64,000 nucleotides of DNA from Callorhinchus milii (GCF_018977255.1 NW_024704742.1:40674001-40738000), one strand, 5' to 3'; shown: positions 24,351-37,675, numbered from the stretch's first letter. Numbers and translations: made by a program. The notes: generated by a model from the letters alone, not told the origin.

Positions 24351-25974
24351 CGTATATAACATAAGAAATGTTAGACAAAAAAAGACCAAGGTCCGTCCAT
24401 CTAGTTCACCTTCCACCTTCCTGGCATGCACATATCCCCCAAACTACCTTTGTACTATATCCCATAATGTTATTTCCTAAAAAAAATCTAATTGTGTTTG
24501 AAAGAATCAATACTTCCTGCTTCAGCCATCTCCATAGGGAGCCTGTTCCCCAGGTTCACTATTCCCTCATTGAAATAGTGTTTGCGTAGATTTGTTTTGA
24601 ATTTACCCCCCTTCAATCATGAGTTAATTATGTCTGCAATACACCAAGGCACCAGTTAAAATGGTTCATTGGAATAACTTGGAAGAACAGGAACTATGGG
24701 TGCAGTGATCCTAATTTGACAAGCAGCTAGGAGCTTGCCAGTGTTGACAATGGGAAGCTGCACACTTTTAGTTGGTTGAACTCAATGTACTCTCTGGCAT
24801 CCCCAAGCCTTTACTCTTGCCAAACTACACCTTAAATAAATACATATTACTACTAATAGTACTAAATAGTGTGCGAGCAAATAAATCAAATCAAGTGAAT
24901 GGCTCATGGATGCATAATTTTATCAGGATTATAGTTATTTGTATTTCCTTGCATGTTTTTGTATTTTAAAAGCCCTGATTATGTGGTTGTTTATATGATA
25001 TAAATATTTGTACTTTTTTATCCTAGATGTCTTAAAATTAATGAGCTGTACTTATTAAATGTTTTAATTATCAATTCATTTGCAGTTGTTATTTTTTGTT
25101 GCACAGAATGATTACCGTGAAATGAATTTTAGATTTAAATAATCCTTGCATTTTATATAACAAGATTTACTATAATGTTTGTGATTGTGTATTCTGTAGG
25201 TAAAACAAAGCAGTCAATTTGCACATGGCAATGTTCCACAAAGAGTTATGAAATGAATGAACAATTCCTTTTGGGGGGATTTGCTGACTAGATACTGGAT
25301 GAAACTTTCTTCTATTTTGAATAGTGCCATGAGGTCTTCAACATCCATCTGAACAGACCGATGGGAACTTAGTTTAACATCTCATCCATAGAGTGGAAAA
25401 TGTAAAACATTTTTAATTGTTCATGCATAGAAAGTGTTTATTTAATGTAAATTGTCAGCGTGATCTTGCTGCTTGATGTAGTGAAATAATAACAAACATT
25501 CAGACACAGTAATAATATATATTAATATGATAGTATCACTGTCTATAATATGCCAGGAAAGTGATATGATTGCCTTATTACTGTAGGAAAGGGTACAGCA
25601 AAAAGCAACAAAACTGGAATGAAGCTTCCATGAGTTACTAGAAACTGAGATTATTGAGATTAAAAGACCTACTAAGATCTAACAAATTAGTGGAATTATA
25701 CACCCAACAGGCTTAATAGGATGAATGGTTTCCTCTTATTCCTGTTTTTCTTTGTTTCTAAGGTTCTTTGTTTCTAAGGTTCTTGATATAGTTTGTGAAG
25801 AAGGAAGCCAGGTTTGAATAGTCTGGGGCTATATGAAAATTCTGGAGTTTCTCTCTCCCTCTCTCACACACATTATACACTACACACATCGTATACACAG
25901 ACACAGAAATAATAGGCTAATTTGTAAAATAATAGTAAATAGTGAAGCCTGCAATGTATCTGAGGCCAGTCCTT

Positions 25975-26297
25975 CAGCACCCTCCCTATCTCTGTAACCT
26001 CCTCTCTCCCCAGAGCAGTACCTACTGCCTCCGCTCTACTGGTTCTGGCCTCCTCCGCGTCCCCCGAATCCTCCGTGCCTTCAGCCACTACGCCCTGAAA
26101 CTTTGGAACGCCCTCCCTCAACCCCTTCACCTCAACCCCTCGTTTCCCATCTTCAAGACACGCCTGAAGACCTTCTTTTTCGACCGCGCCTACGGTCACA
26201 GCCCTATCCCAGGCTCGACCTTGGGCTCCACCATAGTTAAGCGCTCTGAGACGCCACCCGGCATGGAGGGCATTATATACGTGCGAGTTGTTGTTGA
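25975..26297 (+). mobile_element. L2 3' end fragment
   Basis: PPYLCNLL...RAFSHYALKLWNALP...FKTRLKTFFF; (GTT)n tail. Confidence 0.85.
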
Positions 26298-27669
26298 CTT
26301 CACTCAGATACTAGGAGTCTACTTAGCTGCAATCCTGCTACATGGAAGTTAAACCCCAAGAGGGTTACTATTGGACACATCCGTAGCCTGCAAGGCTTGC
26401 TGTTTACTATTCATCCTTTTGTGAATCTTGCAAATGAAATCTTTGTATCAGCAGGTTCATCTGATATAATGGTGTTAATCTACAAAGTTGTACAATGAAA
26501 AGTGCCACCCAGAGCATTTTGGAGTTATGTGTTTGGACTTGCACAGAGCTTTGTGTATTTATAAACCCAACAACATTCCAATCACTTGGAAGTTTGTTAG
26601 TTTTTACTGAATACGCAAGATACTGAATGCAGAAGTCACAACTATTCAAAAACTATATTTTAACAATCGAGTGCAGATGGAGTGCAGGGTTTAATAGATT
26701 CATATTATGAAATAGGGATGTTTCCTTTGCATTTTGGAAAATAGACATAGACCAGGAGGTTGGATGATATAAGTTATTGCAATACTACTGAGGTCAATTC
26801 ATGCACTATTATACCTGAATTCAAATAACTGTTGTATTTATCTACACAGCGTCTTGCGTGTCTCATTCTATAAATAAGTCCTACAGACATGAGTCCTTTA
26901 CAGTTTCCTCTCGGTGTTTGGTGAATGCACACAATGCTTGATGTGTTTCTGTAGGAACAAACACTGCTTTCAAGTGAACAATAATTAGTTCAATGGGGAG
27001 CTACATTGTGGATTCATCAAACAGTTACCAAATATTGAATCGTGAAATGTGTTTGATGAAACGCATTTCATGTCAGGGAGACATCTCAAAGCATTTCACA
27101 ACATTCACAGTACTGTGTACACAGGTGAAGATGAGGTAACTGCATCTGGTGGGCTGATTCTGGAGAAAGCATGAGTTGTACCTTGTCCAATTGATGATTA
27201 ATTTTGTTTGAGCCTTGAAATTCAATGGCTTGCAGTGCTCTAGTATTTCAAGATATAACATTCACATGCCATCAGCAACCAAGTAGCCAAAAATACGAGT
27301 CGTAGCATTATGACGTTTTGGCCACAAAATACAATTCACTTTACAGTATATTCTATGAAGCGCTTTGAGACGTCTCGAAGATGTGATAAGGCGCTATATC
27401 AAATGCAAGGATTATTATTATAGCAAACTGCTTCAAAACTCAAGTAATTTGCTCATCTGGACTCTTTTTCTGCAGAGTTTATGCCTGGAGCAGTCAACAG
27501 CATATTGTTTGTTCAATTTAACTCTATTCATTTAGCAAGGTGGGAATGTAAAGAATTATAGCAACAAACTGCCTAATTCATCTGTTTTGCAGGGTTACTG
27601 CACATGGCCTCAGGAAAGTCCCTTTCATATACACATTACCTGAGATAAACAAGTTACATTTATTAATCC

Positions 27670-28295
27670 TGCTTGGCTCCCATCAGCGCCTCTACATCTC
27701 AGGCACTGACAGTATCACCATCCATCGATGTACTCGCCACCTCACTGAGCCAGTACAGAACCTTAGCCTTGTTAGACCCTCAACTATCCTTTATACCATG
27801 AGCAGTTCTGACATCCCCCACCTCCACAATATCGCCCGGCACCACCATTGCCTTTCCCCTCAGGCCTCAGAGACCCTCATCCACGCATTCATCACATCCA
27901 GGGTCAATGACGCTATCTCCCTGCTTGTCGACCTTCCCGATTATTCCCTCCACAAGCTGCAGGTGATTCAGAACTCTGCAGCTCGTGTTTTCTCCTGCAC
28001 CAGGCTCCCCCGCCCTCGACCGGCTCCACTCCCTCCGCTCCACGGGCTCCGATCTGCTCCATGCCCAGGCCCGCCCGGGTCTTCAACCTTTCTGCCCCCA
28101 TACTTTGGAACTCCATCTCACAGTCCTTGACCTCGTCCCCTCCCTCGTCTCCTTCAAAGCTTGTCTCAAGACACGACTCTTTGACCACGCCTTCGGTCAC
28201 CCTCCTACCCCTACCCTCCCTGCCCTCCACCCCGCCTGATCCAAACCCCCATGAAAAGTGCTATACAAATGTAATTTGTTGTTTTTTTTGTTGTT
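27670..28295 (+). mobile_element. L2 3' fragment
   Basis: ETLIHAFITSR, LQVIQNSAARV; tail. Confidence 0.85.
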
Positions 28296-29719
28296 ATGAA
28301 TGGAAACACTTGATTTAAATACTTTTTCTGTGTTTTCAATAGAGTTAACTACTCTGGTACCAATGTCACACCATGATTCCTGGGTGCGATGGTACCACAA
28401 AAGTGGTATAATGTTTACTCTGGGCGTTTGTGAGATCACCTTTCAAGTGTTTTCTCACATCAATCTAGCTTTGGCTGGCAGGAGATGGTGAGACCAGTGT
28501 CATGTGATGTTGCCCATGAACAAGAAAGCTGTAAACATAAACACAGCAGATATGGTCACTTAATAATCATCTGATTCTGATTGTCCATCTGATTCAGAAC
28601 TCCAGTGCTCATATCCTCACCTCACCCATGGCTCCCTATTGCAGAACAAATCAATTTCAAGATCCTCACACCCACCTTCAATCACTTCATGCCATTGAAC
28701 CTCTCTAACTTGATCACACTCACTTCTCTGCCTATCCCCTTCACTCAGGCCGTCTGCATGTCCTCCGATCCCTCCGTTCCACCATCAGCGACTGTTCCTT
28801 CAGTGACTACTCCCTGAACCTCTGGAAGTCCCAGCCTCAATGTCTCTGCCTTGCTCACTCTTTACTCATCTTCAAATCATACTAAAGAATTTCCTTTTTG
28901 ACCGTGCCTATGGTAACCTCCCCTTTCTCTCTGACTCGGGGTAAACCTTATCATTATTGAACATTCCAAGACTCTACCCCATGTGAAGGGTGCCAAATAA
29001 ATTTTGTTGCCATTTGTTGTTGCTATCCACGGTTTACTAAAGCATCAGTCGCTACCTTCAGGAGAGAAGAGTTTTTTTAAAAAAGAGTAGATGCAGTGCT
29101 GAGGTCGCTCAGGGAAAAAAACTACAGTGGTTGGAGTCAAACCTTGAACACAGAAAGATGATTGTGGTTGTTAGGGGACCATCATCACTGCTGCAGAAGT
29201 TCCACAGGCCACCTCCCTCTGCCTTTAATGGCACAACCATCACAGAGGTTCTCCATTATCAACATCCTGGAAATCACCAAGATGCCTGGCAGCTACATCA
29301 GCACTGAGCTATAAGAGCGGGGCAGAGGTTAGCTACTCTGTGTCACCTCAGAGTCAGTTCAGCTCTCCTCAGCCATACAAATCACTTCATACCTTGATGC
29401 TTACACCCCACTCCTCTACACACCCCTTTGCTCAGCTGGCTCTGGCCACCTGCACGTCCCTCATCCCCTGCGGTCCACCACTGATAGGCATGCTTTCAGC
29501 CACTACGCCTGGGAACTATAGAACTCTCTGCCTCAATTCTTTAAAGAAAAAGCTCATCACCACTTCTCTCAAGGCAACTAAGGATGGGCGATTAAACCTG
29601 ATGCATCCTGAGATGCGTTTTTTTAAAAAAAATGTTAGAATTGATAAACTTATGAATTATTGGAATTTATGGAGACTAGACTTTTAGCATTTCTTGTTTC
29701 ATTGAGATGGTCAGATTCT

Positions 29720-29930
29720 TTCCTGATAATGCTGACTTCCTGTTGTTATTATCCTGTCATTGGTTCTCATCCCTATGAGTGACACAAAGATCCTCTTATC
29801 ACACATGGAAATGTATGACTCATGCACTTTGGTGTGTGATTGGAGAACATAAAGTATGTTCACAGATTGTCACTCAAAGTGGAGCCTGTCAAGAGTATAA
29901 AAGGCAGAGTATTTTGGATTGGGTGTATCC
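29720..29930 (+). promoter_or_regulatory. Candidate promoter of the ADP-ribosyl cyclase gene
   Basis: TATAAAA 29896-29902, ATTGG (reverse CCAAT) 29839-29843, AP-1 TGACTCA 29816-29822, ETS ACTTCCTG 29735-29742, GATA sites; good Kozak gcagcATGG at 29988. Confidence 0.6.
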
Positions 29931-29987
29931 TTCAGCACTGTAGTGTTAACACAGCCAGTGTCAAACTGTAGGAATAGAAGCTGCAGC

Positions 29988-30024
29988 ATGGAAATGCTTC
30001 CTCTAAACAGTCACCTGTCTTCAG
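29988..30024 (+). CDS. Cyclase candidate exon 1 (MEMLPLNSHLSS)
   Basis: Kozak ATG downstream of TATA; CAG|gtaaag donor, phase 1 matches the next exon. Confidence 0.62.
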
Positions 30025-31289
30025 GTAAAGATGATTCAAAATCACCAGAAGTTAAAGAAATTCTTTGCAATGAGTTGCAAAATCCTCGGACTGTCCAGCA
30101 TCCTGGGATGCCTTTTCGACGTAAATGCTGCTATGCAAGTGTAATTTGTTGTTGTTGTTGTTGTTGTTGTAAGTTGGCTTTTATTCCAATTCTATTCTCC
30201 TACTGATGTGTAAAGAATTTTCCTATAGATCACTCTGTGATGTCTAGAGTTGTTGTTGAAAGTGTGTTACTTGCTCTCCTATTCCTGTTCTAGATTTTGT
30301 GTATAATCCTTGCATTTGATATAGTACCTTGTCACACAGTGAAAATGTCTCAAAATACTTCACACAATGTTTTTATTGTGAAGTGTATTGACTGTATTTG
30401 TAAGAGAATGCAGCAAATAATTTCTGCACAGCAATGCCCCACAAATAACCAGGAAAGTCAATGCTTAATTTTATCTGAAGGATTGTTGCCCAGAACACTG
30501 GGACAACTGCCTTCTCTATGCAGATAGTGCCATCGGTATCTTATCATTTATCTGAACCTGCGTTTAAATTCATAACTGCTCCAACAATAGAGTGTTTGGG
30601 AGTGTCATTACACAGGAATTTCAGTTTACACAATGACTTCAAAGTCCTCTTGTTGGATGTCAACCCATAATCTTCTGACTCAGAGAGTGCTATTAGTTGA
30701 ACCCAGTTGACATAAATGTGGATTTTAAACATACAGTGCTTCAGTATATGACTCAATAGATTTATCCGTGCAGCCTGATCGGTTAGTGCTGCAATTGGCT
30801 TAGTGTGCCTGAGTTAAGAAAAAGAAAATCGGACAGGATTCTTATTCCTGATTGCTGTAATACAAGAACCCACGTGGTTATTCTTTGACCTCTCCCCCAA
30901 CTCCCACCTTGTCGATTCCAAACCTTTCCTGTGTCAGTTTTCTCTTTCGTTTTAAAGTTACAGAAATGTAATCTATTTTTTTTCTTGTGTACCATATGTA
31001 TTCTAGACATTCCCTGCATCTGATATAATCTCCAAACACTTCACCGTGACAGCTATTCACAACACAAGCACAGCTATCCACAACACAACTTGGCAAGATA
31101 TGTAGATACACTTTAGGGTGTGAAATATCAACCACTCTAAACATCATGGCGCCAAGTCATTAGATTTGTCTTGTGAAGAAGAAGTGCGAGGACCAGGTAA
31201 CCCACAAAATATAGTATGTCTCAGAGTTTCTACTATAAGGTTTCACTAAATTTGCTCAAGGAATGTAAGCTCAGGACTTTAGGAGCTAC

Positions 31290-31612
31290 GGAGTCCTGTA
31301 GCTCAGTGGTTAGAGCACTCGCTTTGCAAGCGAGAGACCTGCGTTCAATTCCAGGCAGGTCAGGGCGAAACCGTGGGCAAGTTTCCTTTCTCCACACGCC
31401 TAATAATAATCCCTCCAAAACCCCAAACAATAATAAATTGGTCATTTTCAATTTACAACTGTCTGTGGGACATTGCTGTGCGCAATTGGCTGCCGCATTC
31501 GCCCACAAATATACAGTCAATTCACTTTACAGTGTGTTCTGTGAAGCGCTTTGGGACGTCCTCCCAACGTGAAAAGCACTATATCAAATGCAAGGATTAT
31601 TATTATTATTAT
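31290..31612 (+). mobile_element. Full-length SINE (short subfamily, L2-type tail variant)
   Basis: Complete head, body and tail. Confidence 0.9.
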
Positions 31613-32282
31613 TTTGTGTCCTATGCTGTATAATGCTGTTTGGAGAATTGTAATTGCTGTTCGTTTCCATTGCTGGTACCTTGGAAGTAAACGCAATTAC
31701 TTTTAAAGAGCATATATGAGCTATGGAAAACATACTAATATTTCACCCACAAATATACACTTTACAGCTTATTCAGTGAAGCGCTTTGAGACGTCTAGAA
31801 GACGTGAAAAGCGCTATATCAAATGCAAGGATTATTATTATTATATCAAATGTAAGGATTATTATTGAGATTATTATTAAATAATTATTATTAATATTAA
31901 TAGTGGCGAGCATCTGTTCAGTTGTCTGTCTGTGCAGAACTTAGGCTTTGCATGAGGTCTCCAAATCCCTCTACAATGTTTCCTGCAAATAATCTTCCAT
32001 TGATATGTTCACCTACAAATGCACTATATTTCAGTATATTTCACAGTAAAAGCTTGTGACATATTTTGAATTATCTTGGCATAAGGCGCTATATCAAATA
32101 CAAGAATTGTTATTATTATCAACTGTTTACATGTGCTGACATTAAGAGCTTTAGTTGTCATGTTAGTCAGTACACTGATTTCTTCCAGGGCTATTACTCT
32201 ATCTCTGCACCTGATGCATATCATTTCATAGGAGTAAGCCTTCTTATTCATAGCCTGAATTTATTTTCCATGAAAATTAAAG

Positions 32283-33235
32283 CAACAACAAGATTACATT
32301 TGTATAGCGCCATCCCAAGGCGCTGGACAGCATACAGCATTTCAGACCCAAGCTGGGGTCAGGGAGAGAGAAAGGAGTGGGGGGGAGGGGGGTGACCAAT
32401 GGCATGGTCAAAAAAGAGGGTCTTGAGGTGGGACTTGAAAGAAGCTAAGGAGGGGGCGGAGTGATTGGGGAAGGGAATTCCAGAGGTTGGGGGCAGAGTG
32501 GCTCCACCAATGATGGGGAGGGTGGGTCGGGGGGTGTGGAGCAGACCGGAGCCGGCTGAGCGGAGGGAGTGAGCAGGTTAGGAGGTCGCAGAGGTAGGGT
32601 GGGGTGAGGTCATGGAGGGCTTTGTAGGTGAGGACCAGAATCTTGAACTGGATGCTCTGAAGGATAGGGAGCCAATGGAGTCGGGCGAGAATTGGGGAGA
32701 TGGGGTCATGGAGTTTGGTGCGGGAGAGGACACGGGTTGCAAAGTTCTGGATTATCTGCAGCCTGTGGAGGGAGGAGCTGGGAAGGCCGACAAGCAGTGA
32801 GTTTGCATAGTCAAGTCTGGAGGTGATGGAGTTTCAGAGCCTGAGGTGCAGAGGCGCTGGCGTGAGCCAATCAGGAGGCCTCAGTCTTGTTCACATTCAA
32901 CTGTAGGAATTTTGCCTTATCCAGGACTTGATGTCCGACAGGCAGTCTGTCAGGAGTTGAGGGTGGAGGCAGAAAGATAGAGTTGGGTGTTATCCGCATA
33001 CATATATGGAAGTTGACCCCATGTCTGTGGATGATGTCACCAAGGGGGAGCATGTAGATATTAAAGAGGAGAGGGCCAAGGTCAGAGCCCTGGGAGACGC
33101 CAGACATGACAGTGCGGGGGCTGGGGGAGAAACCGTTAGAGGCAACAAAGTGGAGACGGTGAGAGAGATAGGATTTGATCCATGCAAGGGCAGGTCTGCG
33201 AAGGTTAAGTAAAGAGGAGAGGCGGTGCATGAGGA
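32283..33235 (-). mobile_element. L2 LINE fragment
   Basis: GVSQGSDLGPLLFNIYMLPLGDII; tail at 32283. Confidence 0.88.
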
Positions 33236-33306
33236 TGGGCGCATTTATAGCTCACAAGGAAAACAAATACAGAGCAATTTAACATAAAAAACATTTCTTT
33301 TGTTAG

Positions 33307-33460
33307 GTGTGCTGCTCCTTGTAGTCATACTCTTAAACTACACAGGTAGATACGACGGATCCAACATTGCTTGGACAGGAAGAGGAACAACTGCAAACTT
33401 AGAAGAAATCGTGATCGGGAGATGCAACGACTACATTGGATTAAAAAATCCGGCAGCAGG
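33307..33460 (+). CDS. Cyclase exon 2 (GVLLLVVILLNYTG...WTGRGTTANLEEIVIGRCNDYIGLKNPAA)
   Basis: ttag|GT...AGG|gtaaa; homologous to the CD38 WSGPGTT...RC segment. Confidence 0.9.
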
Positions 33461-33477
33461 GTAAATCAGTCTGTAGA

Positions 33478-33740
33478 TAATAATAATAATAATGTCTCAA
33501 AGTACTTCACGGGATATACTGTAAAGTCTGGTGACTGTGTATTTTATGGGCACATATGACAGCCAATTGTGCACAGCAGTGTCCCACAAACAGTGGTGGA
33601 TTGAGTGACCAATTTGGAGGGATTATTACCTCCAGAAAGCGATCTGCCTATCGACTAACAAGTGGGTTCCTACTTACTGCTGGGTAAACAGAGACTTGTG
33701 TAAGTTTAAGGAAACTTGCTTATGGTTTTGCCCTGCCTCA
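33478..33740 (-). mobile_element. SINE, long subfamily, partial
   Basis: Contains the 'gcagtaagtaggaaccc' insert block. Confidence 0.75.
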
Positions 33741-34021
33741 TCAGCAATGGCATGGTAAAGGATAACTTGGTATCTTTTTTCATTGGAAACTGATCAAGGA
33801 TTCATTACTGACCTGGATTGGAAGACCTATCGTAATATATTGAAATCTGCAGATTATACCAAGGTGGGGGGGAACTTTGGAATTAGAGGAGACAGAAAAG
33901 TTTTTTCAAAGAGATTTTCATAAGGTATGGAGATGCGCTGATAACTGGCAAATACATGTTTAATACAGTTAATTGCAAGGCAGCAATTAGGAAGTAAGAA
34001 TAGTTTCCCGATTATGTTACG

Positions 34022-34413
34022 TGGAGTCATGTAGGGTGTTGGTTAGAGCACTCACCTTGCAAGTGAGAGAATCCAGGTTTGAGGCGCTCTGGGACGCTAC
34101 CCTGCGTGAGGGGCACTACATAAATGCAAGTTGTTGTTGTTGATTCCTAGGCAGGGCGAAGCCATAGGCAACTTTCCTAACACCACGCCCCTGTTTACCT
34201 AGCAGTAAGTAGAAATCTGGTTGCTAGTCAATTGGCATAATAATAATTTGGTCACTCAATCCACGACTGTTTGTGGAACACTGCTGCCTGCAATCGGTTG
34301 CCGTGTTTTGCCCACAAAATATACAGTCAATTCACCTTACAGAATATTCTGTGAGGTGCTTTGAGACATCCCAACAACATGATAAGGCAAGATATCAAAT
34401 GCAAGGATTATTA
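34022..34413 (+). mobile_element. SINE (long subfamily) interrupted by an L2 tail at about 34080-34141
   Basis: tRNA head split within the B-box region by a 'gcgctctgggacgct...gttgttg' tail. Confidence 0.75.
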
Positions 34414-34594
34414 TTCATTTGTCCTGTGTTTACTGCCCACTCTGTTTTTTGTTCATCCACTTCAGCTTTCATTCATGGTAAGGTGGTACACCACCCCTGC
34501 CACAATAGGAAACATGTCTACTCCATGGATGGGATGGAATTTGCCGAGGGGAAAAGGGAAAATGTTCATCATTCACCATGTCAAAACAGAATGA

Positions 34595-35500
34595 GGCAGC
34601 AATAAAAAAGGCAAACAGGATGTTGGAATATATTGTCAAATCCCGTAAAATCCTCCTCAGTCTGTACAGTTCTGGTACAAATTGCTCTGAGAATACATCA
34701 TATATTCTGGTCACCACGATATAAGGGGATTGCCCAGGCTCTAGAGTGGGTGTAGAGGAGCGCAATTAGGATGATCCCCAGTGCTACAAGCATGAGCTGT
34801 AAGCAATGATTAAAGAAGATGAGTCTCTTAGGGTTAGGTTGAAAAGCGATGTCTCAGAGGACAACAACAACAACTACTGCTTGCATTTATGTAGCATCCC
34901 AGAGGGTTTGACAGTGGCGAAACACGACTCCGGACCTTTATAGAGGTGTATAAGATTTTAAATGGGATGTGGAGTTCTGTAGGTCAGTAGTTAGAGCACT
35001 CGCCTCGCAAGTGAGAGACCTGTATTCGATTCCCAGAAGGGCAAAATGTTGGGCAAGTTTCCTTACTCCACATGTCTCTGTTTATCTAGCAATAAGTAGG
35101 AACCTGGTTGTTAGTCAATTGGCAAATCGCTTTTCCAAGGATAATAATTCCTTCAAAAAAAATAATAAATTGGTCACTCCAATCCATGACTGTTTGTGGG
35201 CCACTGCTGTGTGCAAAATTGGCTGCCTCATTTTGCCCACAAAATATACAGTCAATTCACTTTATAGTATATTCTGTAAAGTGCTTTGAGAGCGTAAACT
35301 CAGAACAATATTTTCAGGTGCATTAAGACAGCAGAACTGGAGGACACAGAGTTTAATTGCAAAAAACTATTTAAGGGTGGGTACGAGGAAGTATTTATTT
35401 ACCCAGAGGGATATTAATAACTGGAAGAGGTGATTAAGAAGTCGGTTTGAGGCTAGGACAATGGCTTCATTTTTTTAAAGCAAGTGTGGTGTTGTGATGG
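34595..35500 (+). mobile_element. Old CR1 fragment with a nested long-type SINE (34971-35291)
   Basis: KANRMLEYI-like CR1 sequence that resumes after the SINE. Confidence 0.65.
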
Positions 35501-35686
35501 GAGATCAGTAGAGTGAGTATTCTGGAGAGATGAGATAAAATGCCTCTCTTGTGGTTTTTTGAATAGGGTAAAAATAATGAGTCACCATGCTCTAGTATTT
35601 CAGTATGATACTATCGTATGTTGAAAATTATGCATGATTATAATAAAATTGACTAACCGAGTATTTGGTGTTTCACTGTGTTTTAG

Positions 35687-35816
35687 GAAGAAGAATTGTA
35701 CACTGCTGTGGCAAACCTTGAAGAGTGTGTTTGCTTCCAAAGACCCCTGTAAAATTACACAAGACGACTACAAACCATTTCTGACCATGGCTGAACATGA
35801 TATCCCATCCGGCAAG
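35687..35816 (+). CDS. Cyclase exon 3 (KKNCTLLWQTLKSVFASKDPCKITQDDYKPF...IPSGK)
   Basis: ttag|G...AAG|gtta, 130 nt. Confidence 0.93.
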
Positions 35817-36133
35817 GTTAGCGTTGAGTTGTTTCACAAATCATTTGATAAAATATTCAAACAATATCGTATCCCTTTATGTTACTATATTTTATGCAAT
35901 AGTTCAATGATAAAAGGCTGATGGTGAAATGTGTCACGAATGTGCACAGGACCTATACAGTAATTGTGAATCCATAAAGTGTAAAATAAATTCTAAGAAC
36001 TATTAACCGAACTGAAAAATTAATATGACTATGGAATTTCCCATTTCGGGGGCTCTTTATTAATAACAAATTTTAGTACTGGATTGTTAATGAGTACAAG
36101 ACTATTTCAGTCTTTTAATTGATTAATTCCCAG

Positions 36134-36269
36134 AGCATATTTTGGAGTCAGACAGGAGAACTCACTCGTCAGTATGCTGATATTGTCAAGAATGTTATGC
36201 CTCTGGAGTCGACCCTGACAGGTTATATGCTGAATGGTTTGAATTGGTGTGGGCAGCGCTCTAGTTCAG
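36134..36269 (+). CDS. Cyclase exon 4 (SIFWSQ...PLESTLTGYMLNGLNWCGQRSSS)
   Basis: ccag|AGC...CAG|gtaag, 136 nt; TLEDTL-type signature. Confidence 0.94.
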
Positions 36270-36593
36270 GTAAGCCAGTCACATTTTACATTCAAAACTG
36301 CCAAATCATAGGAACATAGGAACAGGATTAGGCCATTCAGCCCCTTGAGCCTGTTCCACCATTCTATTAGATCATGGCTGATCTGTACCTCAACTCCATT
36401 TACCCGCATAAATGCTATTTAATTGTAATTGAATAATCCCATATACTTTCAGAAGCAATGGACTAATTGTCAGAAGAGTTTGTAACAGTTTAAATGGTCA
36501 TGGTTACATTTTAAATGTCATTTTAAATGATATTCCTTGCATTTGAAATAACACCTTTCAAAAAAGGCATTTCCAAACGCTTCATACAATATA

Positions 36594-36700
36594 CAGGGTG
36601 ACCAAAAAGTCATGATACCATTATAATGCCTAATAATCCTTTAAGAAATAAAAAGAAAGATAATAGGGCGGCTGAAAAATAAGACGTTTTGGTCACCCTG
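36594..36700. mobile_element. 107-bp Tc1/mariner-type MITE
   Basis: Perfect 14-bp TIRs CAGGGTGACCAAAA / TTTTGGTCACCCTG, TA on both flanks. Confidence 0.85.
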
Positions 36701-36849
36701 TACTTGAAGTGGCAGCCAATTTGTGTGCTGTGATGTTCTAGAAACAGCCCTAAAGTAAATGACCAGTTTCATTTTATCAGACAACTGTACATCTCACTGT
36801 GGATCGAAAACCGACTTTATCACCCATTTAATATTGCCTTCTGGGTCAG

Positions 36850-37675
36850 CCTAAGTTCAGTTGAGAGCATTCTTGTTTCTGAGTCAGAAGGTTGTGGGTT
36901 CAATCCCCAATGCCATGTTGGGGTTATGCTGCGTTGATGGAGGTGCTGTACTTTGACTGATGTTCAACTGAGGTCCCATCTGCCTATTCATGTGAACTTT
37001 AAAGATCCCATGGCATGATTGAAAAGAGAGGGGAGTTTCTACCACTCTCCTGGCCAACAATCCCCCTAAATAAAATTGGTCATTCACTTCATCGCTATTT
37101 GGAAGACACTGCTGTGCACAAATAGACTGTTGCATTCACCTACAAAATACACAGTCATTACGTTTAGAATATTGATTTGTTCCAGAAGGATCATGAAAGA
37201 GCAACGATGATGATTCTGGGATGTAAGGTTTTAGGTTATGAGGAGAAGCTCAAACAGTTGTATTTGTTTCACTGCAGAAAAAGAGATTAAATGTCCTATA
37301 AAATGCTGGCAGGTATATACAATAAATATATTCAGCAGGAGCAGAATGGTACCGCTTGGATTATTTATTATTTATTTTTATTTATTTATTATTTATTCAT
37401 CCGGATCTGTACCTGTCCTTATTTCTTCAATAGCTCAGCTCTGGTAGAATTCTCTACTCTGTGTCAGAAGATTGTAGGTTCAAGTTCCGCGTTGGGACTT
37501 TGAGCTTTAGTGCAGCTGGAAACCCTAGTGCAGTGCTAGTGGAGTGCTGCATTGTTGGATTCCAACCCTCGGATAAACCGAGGTCCCAGACGTCTGCCTG
37601 TACAGAGGGACATTAAAAATCCCATGACATTATTCAAATAGAGAAGAACGTTACTCCCAGCCTTCTGGCCAATGA
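36850..37675 (+). mobile_element. Two old DeuSINE-like relics (about 36850-37170 and 37430-37675)
   Basis: 'gtcagaaggttgtgggttca' head; 'tgctgc..tgttgga...gaggtccc...gatcccatggca...ctggccaa' core. Confidence 0.65.

Noticed and set aside
31290..31368. tRNA-Ala-like cloverleaf (also at 7110-7181, 17119, 20697, 45702, 54414 and others)
   Set aside because: Each is the head of a SINE followed by the same body and (ATT)n tail, with an imperfect acceptor stem; not tRNA genes
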